This document shows positions 19,744 through 29,696 of a DNA stretch of 64,000 bases, piece by piece. The DNA comes from a candidate division WWE3 bacterium (lineage in GTDB: Bacteria; Patescibacteriota; WWE3; UBA101185; UBA10185): NCBI GenBank assembly GCA_052035175.1, contig JBPOHV010000001.1, positions 523,338 through 587,337 on the forward strand, in the 5' to 3' direction. The notes beneath the pieces were generated by a model, which was not told where the DNA came from, ran no database searches, and saw only the letters and a list, made by a program, of their open reading frames with translations. Each line of letters starts with the position of its first letter. Position 1 is the stretch's first letter. The position numbers and the translations under genes are program-made.

Positions 19744-20811
19744 ATGCTAAAGCGAAATCTAACCTTCAAAAGAATAGTTATTACAATATTTATTTTATTG
19801 GTCGCTGTATTTGTTTTCAATTTCAATAAGTCTAAATACACTTCGGCTGTTAAAAAGGTAGAAATTCAAAATAAGGTTGTCGAAAAAACACTTAGCGCAG
19901 ATGGACGCGTAACATCTGAAAAAGAAGCCAAACTTGCTTTTAAATCTTTAGGAACTTTGCAAACTCTGAAAGTAAAAGAAGGGCAATTTGTAAAACAAGG
20001 CGAGCTTTTGGCGATAAAAGATACAACCCAAACTTACCAAGAACTTCAAGCTCTTAAAGACACAAGAGATATTGCCATTAGAGACAAAGATATCTATATC
20101 TTGAACTATGGTGATGATAGAGGTAGTGTCGGAGGAGATGATGTTTATAACGAACAGTTAAGACGTCTAGACGAAATCATCAGCAAGGCAGAAGCAGGGT
20201 ACCAATCGGGTTTATCCAGTCTTGGCGATTTATATGTATATGCACCATTTGATGGAGTGGTAGTAGAAAAAAACTTTAATGAAGGTGAATTAGTCACAGC
20301 AGGAGCTACAGTTATAAAACTTGCAGATATCAACGAACTTTATTTTGAAATGTCTGTAGATCAAGAAGATTTCGCGAGTTTGATTAACGACATGGCAGTA
20401 AAAGTTTCTTTAGACTCTTACACAAACACAGAATTTGATGGTCAAATTTATGATTTACCACAATATATAAGCATAAATGATACAGAAAATATAAACATAA
20501 AGGTAAAGTTTAACGCCAATGAGAAAAAGCCACTTTACGGTATGACCGGTGAAGGTGCGTTAATTTTATATACATCTGGTAAAGAAGTGAATGCATTGGC
20601 TTATGATGAAATAAACTATGACGAAGAAAATAAAGCCTATGTCTGGACAATTGATGATAAAGCAAAGATTTCTAAAACATATATAGAAACAGGATTGGAA
20701 GGAGATATATTTACTGAAATAAAATCTGATGTAAATCAAACTATAGTAATTCCTGCAAATGCACAATCCAAAGTCCAAGAAGATTTTACTGCAACTTTTA
20801 TAAATGAGTAA
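19744..20811 (+). CDS. Efflux periplasmic adaptor subunit (MacA-like)
   Basis: N-terminal TM, VKEGQFVKQGELLA, APFDGVV lipoyl halves. Confidence 0.85.
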   Translation: MLKRNLTFKRIVITIFILLVAVFVFNFNKSKYTSAVKKVEIQNKVVEKTLSADGRVTSEKEAKLAFKSLGTLQTLKVKEGQFVKQGELLAIKDTTQTYQELQALKDTRDIAIRDKDIYILNYGDDRGSVGGDDVYNEQLRRLDEIISKAEAGYQSGLSSLGDLYVYAPFDGVVVEKNFNEGELVTAGATVIKLADINELYFEMSVDQEDFASLINDMAVKVSLDSYTNTEFDGQIYDLPQYISINDTENINIKVKFNANEKKPLYGMTGEGALILYTSGKEVNALAYDEINYDEENKAYVWTIDDKAKISKTYIETGLEGDIFTEIKSDVNQTIVIPANAQSKVQEDFTATFINE

Positions 20812-21514
20812 TTCATCACTTTTAAAAACTGAAAGCCTTTATAAATCGTATCTTGTCGGTTCAAAAGACGATGCTAACGCTGTGAAGATAGATGCATTAA
20901 AAAATATAAACATAGAAATTAATCAAGGAGAATTCCTTTCTATAGTAGGCAAATCTGGGTCTGGAAAATCAACGCTGATGCACATAATCGGTTTATTAGA
21001 TACGCCAACATCTGGCAATTTATTCATAAATAAAATAAATGTAACAACTATGAACGAAAAAGAGTTGGCACGAATCAGAAACAAAGAAATTGGGTTTGTT
21101 TTTCAATCTTTTAATTTATTATCTAGAGCGTCAGCTTTAGACAATGTAGTTTTACCATTAAAATATAGTACAACCCCAAAACATTTATGGGAACAAAAAG
21201 CTAATGCTTTGCTAGATTTAGTAGGATTGTCTGAAAGAAAGCTTAATAAATCAAATGAGCTATCTGGTGGACAAAAACAAAGGGTAGCAATAGCAAGAGC
21301 TTTAGTTAATGATCCCTCCATAATCTTGGCAGATGAACCTACAGGAAACTTGGATTCAAAAACTGGAAAAGAAATAATGGCACTTTTTACCGACCTACAC
21401 AAACAGGGTAAAACAATAATCATCGTAACGCATGATAACGATATAGCTATGCAAACAAACAGACAAATAGTAATTTCTGATGGTGAAATATTAGATAGTG
21501 GGGCTAAACAATGA
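20804..21514 (+). CDS. ABC transporter ATP-binding protein (MacB/LolD-like)
   Basis: GKSGSGKST, LSGGQKQR, ADEPTGNLD. Confidence 0.93.
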   Translation: MSNSSLLKTESLYKSYLVGSKDDANAVKIDALKNINIEINQGEFLSIVGKSGSGKSTLMHIIGLLDTPTSGNLFINKINVTTMNEKELARIRNKEIGFVFQSFNLLSRASALDNVVLPLKYSTTPKHLWEQKANALLDLVGLSERKLNKSNELSGGQKQRVAIARALVNDPSIILADEPTGNLDSKTGKEIMALFTDLHKQGKTIIIVTHDNDIAMQTNRQIVISDGEILDSGAKQ

Positions 21515-22716
21515 CATTTATAGAAACATTTGCGACATCCTTAACAGCATTAAAAGCAAATAAAGCTAGGTCATTTTTGACAATGCTAGGCGTAATAATT
21601 GGAGTTTTTGCTGTTGTTACACTTGTATCAATAGGTATAGGATTTCAAAATTATTTAAAATCTCAATTTGATGCGTTGGGTTCTAATTTGATATTTGTTA
21701 TACCAGGAAAAGCCAACTTTGCCGATGATCCTGCAAAATCATTTACTGGAAATAAGCTCGATGAAAAACATCTGGAATTGATTGAAAAATATGCAGGCGA
21801 TTTTTTGAAACAAAGCGATACAGACGGATCATATTTGCTTAGTCCTTCTATACGTGTTGGAAAAAGTGTCGAATTTAAATCAAAAAAATATTATGGAACT
21901 TTGTCGGCTGGTAATGTAAATGCACAATATATATTTAATATCAAAGTAGCAGATGGTAGGTATTTTACAAATAATGAGATCAAAAGCAAAAGCAGAGTAG
22001 CCGTTCTTGGACCAAATGTTGTCGCAGAGTTATTCCCAAATAGATCTCCAATAGGTCAAAAGGTAAATATAGAAAATATAAAATATGATGTCATCGGAGT
22101 ACTAGAAAAGAAAAGTGCAGACTTTGATGACAATATATACGTACCTTACACAAGTGCGATGCAAGATTTTGACATTAAAAACTTTTCTAGCATTGCACTC
22201 AAGTCAAAAAATGAAAACAATGTACAAGAAACTATGCGCGAAGTGAAAACAGCTATGTTACACGATCTTAGTGATGACAGATTTAGCGTTTTGTCGCAAG
22301 AAGATGTACTTTCTTCTATTCAAAACGTATTAAAAATTGTAACTACAGGTATAGGAGCAATCGCAGGGATTTCTTTGATCGTTGGAGGTATAGGTATTAT
22401 GAATATAATGCTAGTTTCAGTTACAGAGCGTATTAAAGAGATCGGATTACGAAAAGCATTGGGTGCTACATCATACAATATTGCGTTGCAGTTTTTAATG
22501 GAATCAGTAGTTTTAAGTGTTAGCGGTGGAGGTATAGGGTTACTACTTGGGTGGCTTGCATCGCTTGCAGCACGGGTTTATGTACAAACGGCTGTTCCTT
22601 GGTGGGCCGTAGCACTCTCATTTGGATTTTCAGTGTTAGTTGGTATGATTTTTGGCACTTACCCAGCTATTCAAGCTAGCAAAAAAGATCCTATAGAGGC
22701 GTTGAGATACGAATAA
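21511..22716 (+). CDS. ABC transporter permease (MacB/FtsX-like)
   Basis: RSFLTMLGVIIG, GGIGIMNIMLVSVTERIKEIGLRKALGA, DPIEALRYE. Confidence 0.92.
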   Translation: MTFIETFATSLTALKANKARSFLTMLGVIIGVFAVVTLVSIGIGFQNYLKSQFDALGSNLIFVIPGKANFADDPAKSFTGNKLDEKHLELIEKYAGDFLKQSDTDGSYLLSPSIRVGKSVEFKSKKYYGTLSAGNVNAQYIFNIKVADGRYFTNNEIKSKSRVAVLGPNVVAELFPNRSPIGQKVNIENIKYDVIGVLEKKSADFDDNIYVPYTSAMQDFDIKNFSSIALKSKNENNVQETMREVKTAMLHDLSDDRFSVLSQEDVLSSIQNVLKIVTTGIGAIAGISLIVGGIGIMNIMLVSVTERIKEIGLRKALGATSYNIALQFLMESVVLSVSGGGIGLLLGWLASLAARVYVQTAVPWWAVALSFGFSVLVGMIFGTYPAIQASKKDPIEALRYE

Positions 22717-22721
22717 AGCGG

Positions 22722-23162
22722 TTATAGTTTGACTTGCTTGATGTTATAGATCGCATTGTTCGAGAGGTAAGTATTATTCAAAGCTTGTGTTAGATCTGTC
22801 TCGTTATAAAATACTTTCCATACATAACCTTTTGGAAGGCTTATGTTATTCACATCGTCGATTACAGTCCCATATGTATATTCTGTCTTTTCAAAAACAA
22901 ATTTTATGTTTTCATCTTCACGCAATTCATTGATAGCATCCATCACGCTATCGTTGCTTTTTTGCTCAACTTCATACATAGAATCATTTACTTTGATAGT
23001 TACTTTAACTTTTTCTATTTTTTGAGCTTTTTCTATTTCTGGGGCATCCATAACTTTGACTTCGTCTGTAGCCAACGTTAAATTTACTATAAATGCTGCG
23101 ATTATCAGCAAACCTATATAGATTGGAAAATATAATTGCTTATTTATATTAGGAATCACCAC
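22722..23162 (-). CDS. DUF4430-like membrane-anchored protein
   Basis: N-terminal TM; YG..IDDVNN...W..FYN pattern. Confidence 0.55.
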   Translation of the reverse strand: MVIPNINKQLYFPIYIGLLIIAAFIVNLTLATDEVKVMDAPEIEKAQKIEKVKVTIKVNDSMYEVEQKSNDSVMDAINELREDENIKFVFEKTEYTYGTVIDDVNNISLPKGYVWKVFYNETDLTQALNNTYLSNNAIYNIKQVKL

Positions 23163-23236
23163 TATCTAATTCTAGCAGATAATTTATAGACAGGTCAGAC
23201 TTGGTCTAGTAACCGTAGTATAATACTGTGAGTTAA

Positions 23237-23312
23237 GCTCCTGTAGCTCAGCGGATAGAGCACTCGTCTTCGGAACGAGGTGTCGGGGGTTCAAGTCCCT
23301 CCAGGAGCACCA
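23237..23312 (+). tRNA. tRNA-Arg(TCG)
   Basis: Cloverleaf, CTCGT-CTTCGGA-ACGAG, encoded CCA. Confidence 0.95.
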
Positions 23313-23350
23313 GTAGACCTGGCCAGATCGGCTCGTGTATGATCTAACAT

Positions 23351-23896
23351 ATGAAATTTTTAAAAGACTTACTAATAATAGATTTTGAAGCCACAGGTGC
23401 ACAACCTAGCATAGATCAACCTATTCAATTGGCAGCTATTCTTTTGGATAAAGAAACATTACAAGAGAAAAAGTCATTCAGTACCAAGATTAAAGCAGAT
23501 TTATCTATAACGACTGATGATGAAGTCAAAGAAATAATATCTGGGTTTTCACAAACCGACTTGGATGCAGCTCCAACAAAGGCCGAAACTGCAAAAATGT
23601 TTGTTGATACTTTTGGGCTTAATGATTATCTTTTATCTGCATGGGTAATGAATTTGGACGATAGATATATGGAAAAGGTTTTGACCGAAGGTGGTTATAA
23701 TTTTGATGAGCTTGATTACCATAAGATGGACCTTTTCCCAATTGTATATACTTATTTAGTGAAGTCAGGTTATACAGGTGGTATTAGAACCAAAAACATA
23801 TATAGCTACTTTGGTGTTGAACGTGGTGCACAACACGACGCCCTTGAAGACTGCCGCATAAGCGCAGAAATCTTGCGTAAAGTGATGCTGGCTTAA
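23351..23896 (+). CDS. DEDDh 3'-5' exonuclease
   Basis: IDFEATG and HDALEDC motifs. Confidence 0.88.
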   Translation: MKFLKDLLIIDFEATGAQPSIDQPIQLAAILLDKETLQEKKSFSTKIKADLSITTDDEVKEIISGFSQTDLDAAPTKAETAKMFVDTFGLNDYLLSAWVMNLDDRYMEKVLTEGGYNFDELDYHKMDLFPIVYTYLVKSGYTGGIRTKNIYSYFGVERGAQHDALEDCRISAEILRKVMLA

Positions 23897-23926
23897 ATAT
23901 ATATAGTATAATTTGCCTGTAACTCG

Positions 23927-24001
23927 GGGGGTGTAGCTCAGTGGTAGAGCAGCGGCCTCTTAAGCCGCGTGTCGAGGGTCCGATCCCCTCCACCCTCACC
24001 A
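23927..24001 (+). tRNA. tRNA-Lys(CTT)
   Basis: Cloverleaf, GCGGC-CTCTTAA-GCCGC, CCA; T-loop reads TCCGA. Confidence 0.93.
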
Positions 24002-24039
24002 TTTAAACAAATTATTCCGTTGTTACAATTTTATAGATG

Positions 24040-25446
24040 TTAAGTTATAGGTAAGGGATCGGATGCCGGACCCCGCTTAGCGGGGGAGGCGGGATCGACG
24101 GGCGAGCTAGCAAGCGAGAACCGGTGATCGATCCCCTCCACCCTCACCAATAGATGAGATGCGTTGTCCACGCCACCCTGCTTAAAGCGGAACAGCGTGC
24201 TTAAAGTTGGTGTTTTAAATCCCGGATATTGATAATAGAGGTTTTCAGGAAAAATAATCTTTTGTAGTTCTGTTTTTCTTTCGAACGACAGCTTTTCCCA
24301 CAGAGTTCTAGGATTTTGGTACAACCGAGAAATCTCATACTCAAATTTCGCATTTTCAAACTTTAAATTTTCGTTTTTATTTAATTTTAGATATTTACCC
24401 TTCGTGAGAAACAAAAGCGCGTTTACGGAGCTCCTAAGCGGTCTGATTTCATCTAGTAGTGACTTAAACTCAGACTCAAGAACATCTTTATGAACAGTTT
24501 TTCCTTTAGTTATGGGGTAATAGTATGGATAATGTTTTGTCTTGCCCTTGCACCAGGAACCAGTGAAGCTAGTATTAGATATTGCACACTTAACTAAAAC
24601 TCTTAATGGAAAGTCATCTTTTCTATAACTTTTGGGTTTACCAAGGGGTTTCGATGCCGCAAGTTTTTGTAATTTATCCCACTCATGGTCAGTAAACATA
24701 GCATCATGTTTTCCTTCGTAGATGTTTTCAGTCTTCTTAAATTTAATTACACCCTTGTAAAAGGGATTTCTAATAAACTTACCTACAAAATTGGAGCCTA
24801 CTTTTTTCCCACTTTTGGTTTTTATGCCACTTTCATTTAAATGTTTAGCAATTTCTTGAAAAGAGTAACTGCCTGTCAAATATAGATGGCCAGCATCCTT
24901 TAGTATCGAAAAATTTGGTTCATCTCTTATCGGCACCCTATGATCTTGACCTATATGCTCTAATCTATATCCAATTGGAGGCACGCTTACCGGATAACCT
25001 GCTTGAACGCGCTTTTTTATACCGTCACGGGCCCGCTCAGCTCTAATTGCATTATCTAGTTTGGCTTGGGCAGCAATTAACGTTTCAATAAACTCCCCCA
25101 TAGGTGTATTATCCGTAAACTCTGTAGCTGACTTAATAACTACGCCATAATCTTGTAATCGTCGTTTTATGTCTAAATAATCAATTGTGTTGCGTGATAG
25201 CCGATCTAGTCTGTACACAATCAAGTGTGTTATTTTACCTTTAGATTTTCTGCAGTACTCCAGTAGTCTTATAAGTTCTGGGCGTTCCGCAGTTGCTGCC
25301 GATTTTCCTTCATCTCGAAATATTTCAATAATTTCAAGCTCCTGTAATGCACTGTAGTTACGACAGTAATCTTCCTGATTTGATAACGAAAAATTATTTA
25401 CTTGTTCTTCACTGCTTACTCGGAGATAAGCTATAGCTTTTTTCAT
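24040..25446 (-). CDS. Large serine recombinase (integrase)
   Basis: AIAYLRVSSEEQ catalytic Ser, RPEL..LL, YRLDRLSRN, PPIGY, NPFYKG. Confidence 0.93.
   Translation of the reverse strand: MKKAIAYLRVSSEEQVNNFSLSNQEDYCRNYSALQELEIIEIFRDEGKSAATAERPELIRLLEYCRKSKGKITHLIVYRLDRLSRNTIDYLDIKRRLQDYGVVIKSATEFTDNTPMGEFIETLIAAQAKLDNAIRAERARDGIKKRVQAGYPVSVPPIGYRLEHIGQDHRVPIRDEPNFSILKDAGHLYLTGSYSFQEIAKHLNESGIKTKSGKKVGSNFVGKFIRNPFYKGVIKFKKTENIYEGKHDAMFTDHEWDKLQKLAASKPLGKPKSYRKDDFPLRVLVKCAISNTSFTGSWCKGKTKHYPYYYPITKGKTVHKDVLESEFKSLLDEIRPLRSSVNALLFLTKGKYLKLNKNENLKFENAKFEYEISRLYQNPRTLWEKLSFERKTELQKIIFPENLYYQYPGFKTPTLSTLFRFKQGGVDNASHLLVRVEGIDHRFSLASSPVDPASPAKRGPASDPLPIT
24128..24149 (+). repeat. Third copy of tRNA-Lys 3' end inside the recombinase 3' region
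   Basis: TCGATCCCCTCCACCCTCACCA. Confidence 0.85.
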
Positions 25447-25902
25447 AAAAACAGCCGCACTGGTAGTTGTAAACAGAACCTAAGGCACTGTTAACCAATG
25501 CGGCCATTTTAATACCCTAGACTTAACTGCTTACAACTTAATCAATTATAAACTAAGGGACTTGACACTCAAACTTCCTAACATGCTAGTATATGGCAGC
25601 TCAATTTGAGCTCGATGGCCCTACCTACACAGGGTGGCTTTAGCCAAGGGTGTAGGCCGACCGTAGCGAACGAAACGACCGACGGGTGAAAACGGGTCAG
25701 TTTATCTGACTATATGCTCTTAGGTTTTACACTTAAGAGATGAGAAACCTCAGACGAAATACTCAAAAGTTCTTAAAAGTTATTTTTTGACGAGCTTGCG
25801 AGTCGTCTAGGAGATATCCTGAGGGAGTGAGGGAAGCGAAGGGAGGACCCCCGGAGTTGTGCGTATAGGGGCGAAGGGGGTTTGGGGGATGTCGTGACAT
25901 CG

Positions 25903-26277
25903 TTAACTTTGATACACACCAGTTATTTTATTTAGCTCCTGGATATATTTAAGTCTAGTTAAATAGTCAGGCAATTTAACTCCACCAATAATTTGGTACG
26001 CGTATAAACCCTCGGTAACCACCTCCATGTATTTTTCCAATACATCTGATACTACCAATGCCTCAGATAAAGCTTTTCTGAAATTAAGCCTATTTAAGTT
26101 TTGTGAAGAAATAACTGCTGCGGATTTACGGTTTTTCACATTGTAAAAACGTTCAGTAGAACTGACAGGATCAAAAGGTTTCCCATCTTTCACCCTGTTT
26201 GCAATATCTTTAATTACAAGCTGTTGTTTTATACTGAGACCAAATGGATTGCTAATATTTCTAGTTACTCTAGGCAT
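25903..26277 (-). CDS. Terminase small subunit-like protein
   Basis: LS.KQ, Y.VK..SA.VI..NL and D..TRLKY...KI.G.Y patterns resemble phage TerS HTH proteins. Confidence 0.5.
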   Translation of the reverse strand: MPRVTRNISNPFGLSIKQQLVIKDIANRVKDGKPFDPVSSTERFYNVKNRKSAAVISSQNLNRLNFRKALSEALVVSDVLEKYMEVVTEGLYAYQIIGGVKLPDYLTRLKYIQELNKITGVYQS

Positions 26278-26336
26278 TTATATATTATACAATCTAGTTT
26301 TTTACTAAAATGCCACAAAAGAGGTAATATGTTCCT

Positions 26337-27485
26337 ATGTTGGACACAAATAACTATAGAAAATCTGACAAATGGTTAAGGCTAAGGTTATTAAATAGTA
26401 ACCTTGTAAGCCTTACGACTAACACCGATATTGAGGCAGAGTACTGGGGAGTTATCGAGTATATATCTGAAATAGAAGAGGCAGGAGTTAACTTCTTAAT
26501 TAGTAGAGGATACAATCGCAAAGATGCTAAACAGAACTATAAAGTTTTAAACTCCTACGTAAGACAAGCAAAAAATTATTACCTTACCGCGAAGAGCTTG
26601 CAGTACAGGTCAGCCCCTTTGATGTACTATTACTCCTTTCTTAATCTAGCAAAAGCATTTCTGTTAGTTAACGACATACACTATAAAGAAGTAAAGATTA
26701 AACACGGTCTCATTTATAAATACCCCGGAAAGCGCGATATCAATAAACAAAATGTGATTTCCGCAGACTCAGCCAATGAAGTCTTTCCTAGACTATATAA
26801 ATTATGGTTCGGACAACCACTAGAGTTGAAATCGTTTAGTATCCTTACTTTACTGGGCTACTGTAGCGAGATAGCATACCAGTATGAAAAGGCGAAACTT
26901 GGAAATAGAAGAGTAGATCCAGCACTATATGTAGGCGTTTCAGACTCAAAATTAAAAACTTCTTGGGCATTGTTGGGCTTGTCTAACTTTGATGAACTAA
27001 AAAAGTATAAAAAGACTACTAAAACACTAACTAGTAATTTCTCTATAGTGTCGCCCCCTCAACATGTACTCAGAGAAATGTTTGATATGAATGCTTGGGA
27101 ACTAGCAAACTTTACTTTCTTGCAGTCCAATAAAACTCTCCCATGGTTATCCGATAATGTACCGGCACCTACAAATACACAAGTCTTTGGTGCTCTTAAA
27201 AATTTATATCAGGTAAACTATTTTTCGGGAAACTTCGACTTTTTCACAAGATTACCTTATCAACCTAACAATCAAAAGGATATGGATGAGAGCATGGCAA
27301 CCTATATAATATTATTTTTCTTATCAAATCTAGTTAGATACTGGCCTTCAGTTTTGGAGTCATATTTGCTGGCTAGGGATACATGGTTAATTGAAGGCTT
27401 TATACGGTCATGCCCACATACATTACTACGAGCATTTATTTCGAGGATTGTAAATGAGGATGTGGTAATAACTTCAAAAGACTAA
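26337..27485 (+). CDS. YaaC-family protein
   Basis: QA.NYY, PL..YYSFLNLAKA, HGL, LSNLVRY.P motifs. Confidence 0.75.
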   Translation: MLDTNNYRKSDKWLRLRLLNSNLVSLTTNTDIEAEYWGVIEYISEIEEAGVNFLISRGYNRKDAKQNYKVLNSYVRQAKNYYLTAKSLQYRSAPLMYYYSFLNLAKAFLLVNDIHYKEVKIKHGLIYKYPGKRDINKQNVISADSANEVFPRLYKLWFGQPLELKSFSILTLLGYCSEIAYQYEKAKLGNRRVDPALYVGVSDSKLKTSWALLGLSNFDELKKYKKTTKTLTSNFSIVSPPQHVLREMFDMNAWELANFTFLQSNKTLPWLSDNVPAPTNTQVFGALKNLYQVNYFSGNFDFFTRLPYQPNNQKDMDESMATYIILFFLSNLVRYWPSVLESYLLARDTWLIEGFIRSCPHTLLRAFISRIVNEDVVITSKD

Positions 27486-27491
27486 AAGGGA

Positions 27492-28526
27492 CTAAACCAT
27501 AAAAGTATCCCGTATAGCCGTAAACTCTGAAACCGCTTTGAAGTAGCTCTCTAATTGCATGTAACTCCTAAACCGAAAGTTTTCTTTATTTTTATAATAC
27601 GGATCTGTATTTATAAACTTCTCATATAGGTGGAAGTCCTTATTGGAAGCTATGATAAAGAGTTTTGTAGATAGCGGGCTTAGTTGACACAAGCGCTGCA
27701 TACCGCTTAATATTTTAGTGCTATGCTCAACCTCAAAGGCTGCCACAGGGACTTCGTCTCTTAACCAAATGACGTCAATTTGATTTACTAGTTTTAATAT
27801 ATCCTCACCTAGAAATCTTTTGGGCACTTCCCGTAACGAGATGTAGTCTAGTAATTTTTCTCCAAAAGCTTCTACGCTTTTATCCGGACAATATGTATCA
27901 AAGCCAAGCAGTTTACCTATTTTTAACAATAACAATTGGGCTTCAGCATGGGCACTGATATGATTTTCTTCTTCCAAGTCGCTTTCTGCAGCAGAAGTAT
28001 CAGACGAGTAATGATGCGCAAACGAGTCTAAATCACCAAATTTAGACAAAATCGCCGCAAGTCCTTGCTCGTTTATAGGCATAAAACCTTGGACAATCAT
28101 ATTTCTGCTGTATCCAGCAAAATCCGCAATATCTGTGATTGGTATATAAACAGGCTTGAGGTCGTTTAAAAAGAAAATACAAGTCCAGGGCTCTTCACCT
28201 TTCTTAGGGGGCCATAATGACACGCCCAAATCAGCACTATGTTGCTTAAAAAGCAATTTACCCGCATAGACAAGTTTTCCTTCTCGTTCTTTACCTTCTC
28301 TTCCCTTATAAAATAGAACTAAGTCTCCAGGTTCCAACTTTTCCCAGGAGCTTTTTTTAGAGTCTTTTGTACCCCACGCAAAAATTTTAGCCTCTTTTGA
28401 AAGAAGATCCTTACCCTCTCTAGTCAGATGGGGCTCGATTATAGAGTAATCGACACCGTTATCGATTGTACTTAAAAAGTTTTTATAGGAGGTTTCGTTG
28501 GATCTCGGTGCCAAAAATATGTTCAC
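27492..28526 (-). CDS. PUA/EVE-like domain fused to restriction-endonuclease-like domain
   Basis: N-terminal WG....W..L.PGDLVLFY; C-terminal IDVIW...AFEVEHST. Confidence 0.65.
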   Translation of the reverse strand: MNIFLAPRSNETSYKNFLSTIDNGVDYSIIEPHLTREGKDLLSKEAKIFAWGTKDSKKSSWEKLEPGDLVLFYKGREGKEREGKLVYAGKLLFKQHSADLGVSLWPPKKGEEPWTCIFFLNDLKPVYIPITDIADFAGYSRNMIVQGFMPINEQGLAAILSKFGDLDSFAHHYSSDTSAAESDLEEENHISAHAEAQLLLLKIGKLLGFDTYCPDKSVEAFGEKLLDYISLREVPKRFLGEDILKLVNQIDVIWLRDEVPVAAFEVEHSTKILSGMQRLCQLSPLSTKLFIIASNKDFHLYEKFINTDPYYKNKENFRFRSYMQLESYFKAVSEFTAIRDTFMV

Positions 28527-28688
28527 AAAGCTATTTTACCACTATAGCCTCGAAAATGAGCGATTTTAAAAAATATTGTAAATTTAGGAGTGCGGTTTTA
28601 GCCAGTTGTATTTCTTGTAGGGACAAGTACACACATGCCCCCCTATAGTTAGTTATAGAAGGAGAAACCAACGTTATATAATAGATTT

Positions 28689-29558
28689 ATGGGAAAGCTA
28701 ACCCCTTTAAGTACAGAAGATCAAAAAATGATAGAGAGTCTTGCGGAGTTTGTCGATGATGTCAAAAACAACTTATGTAGTAAAACAATCTACATAAATG
28801 CACTTAAGCCCAAACAATTTTTTATACTTTCTATGTATGCGGCAGTAAATAGCTATACCGAAGCTATACACGACTTATGCAAGTTAAGACGCCCTGAAGC
28901 AGCCATTGTAATACTCAGGTCCATAACAGAAGCTTGGATTAACTCAGTGTATATCTTAAGTTCCACAAATGACCGGGCACTACATCATTATGCTCTGGAA
29001 GGATCGTATAATAAGAAGTCTCTAGTACAACAATTTAGGGAGTTTTACGAGAAATATCCAAAACTTAGAACAGCTGTTCTAACGGATGAAGCCTTAATGA
29101 AAATGGAGGCTATCGCAATGCAAGAACTGCAAAATTATAAAGTAAAAATTAATATAGATTATGCAAACAAGAACGAGTTTAAAGATGTATGGGGCGACTT
29201 GTATAAAAGATCTGTTTGGTCTGACACCCGCTTGAAAAAACGCCAGAAAGATAAAGCCGGAGGTATAGAACATACTTATATGCTTGTATATAGATATTTG
29301 TCTGACTATACCCATTTATCTGTAACTGGTTTGGAGCATTTTTGGACAAAGGATACACATGGTAGTCGTTACCTTACACTGGACAAAAACCCGGAAAAAT
29401 TAGATATGATACTCGCCACAAATTACAGTTTATACCTCTACTTTGCAGCAAAACTGAAGCAATATAATCTGATTGATAGTTCTTTGTCTAAATACACAAA
29501 TTTCTTCGATAAAAACATTTTGAAGAAAAACAAACAAACAGCGCCTGATATTACATAA
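28689..29558 (+). CDS. DUF5677-like (HEPN-like) protein
   Basis: A.VILRSITEA and Y.YLSDYTH motifs; all-helical. Confidence 0.6.
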   Translation: MGKLTPLSTEDQKMIESLAEFVDDVKNNLCSKTIYINALKPKQFFILSMYAAVNSYTEAIHDLCKLRRPEAAIVILRSITEAWINSVYILSSTNDRALHHYALEGSYNKKSLVQQFREFYEKYPKLRTAVLTDEALMKMEAIAMQELQNYKVKINIDYANKNEFKDVWGDLYKRSVWSDTRLKKRQKDKAGGIEHTYMLVYRYLSDYTHLSVTGLEHFWTKDTHGSRYLTLDKNPEKLDMILATNYSLYLYFAAKLKQYNLIDSSLSKYTNFFDKNILKKNKQTAPDIT

Positions 29559-29696
29559 CTTACTTGTACTAATATCCAACCACTAAATTATGAGTTCAAG
29601 GATCATTTCTGATAGCAGGTCTAGGCTGTCGAAATCACCTCTACCCGAGAGAGCTTCGATCCCCACCGCCCTCACCATTTAAACAAATTATTCCAT

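Larger units (their letters stand above)
23981..29694. mobile_element. tRNA-Lys-integrated element (serine recombinase, TerS-like gene, defence-like cargo)
   Basis: 38-bp direct repeat 23981-24018 / 29657-29694 (2 mismatches); recombinase next to the tRNA. Confidence 0.85.

Noticed and set aside
23184-23402. 72-aa minus-strand ORF
   Set aside because: Antisense to tRNA-Arg and the exonuclease start
23784-24002. 72-aa ORF MVRVEGIGP...
   Set aside because: Antisense reading of tRNA-Lys
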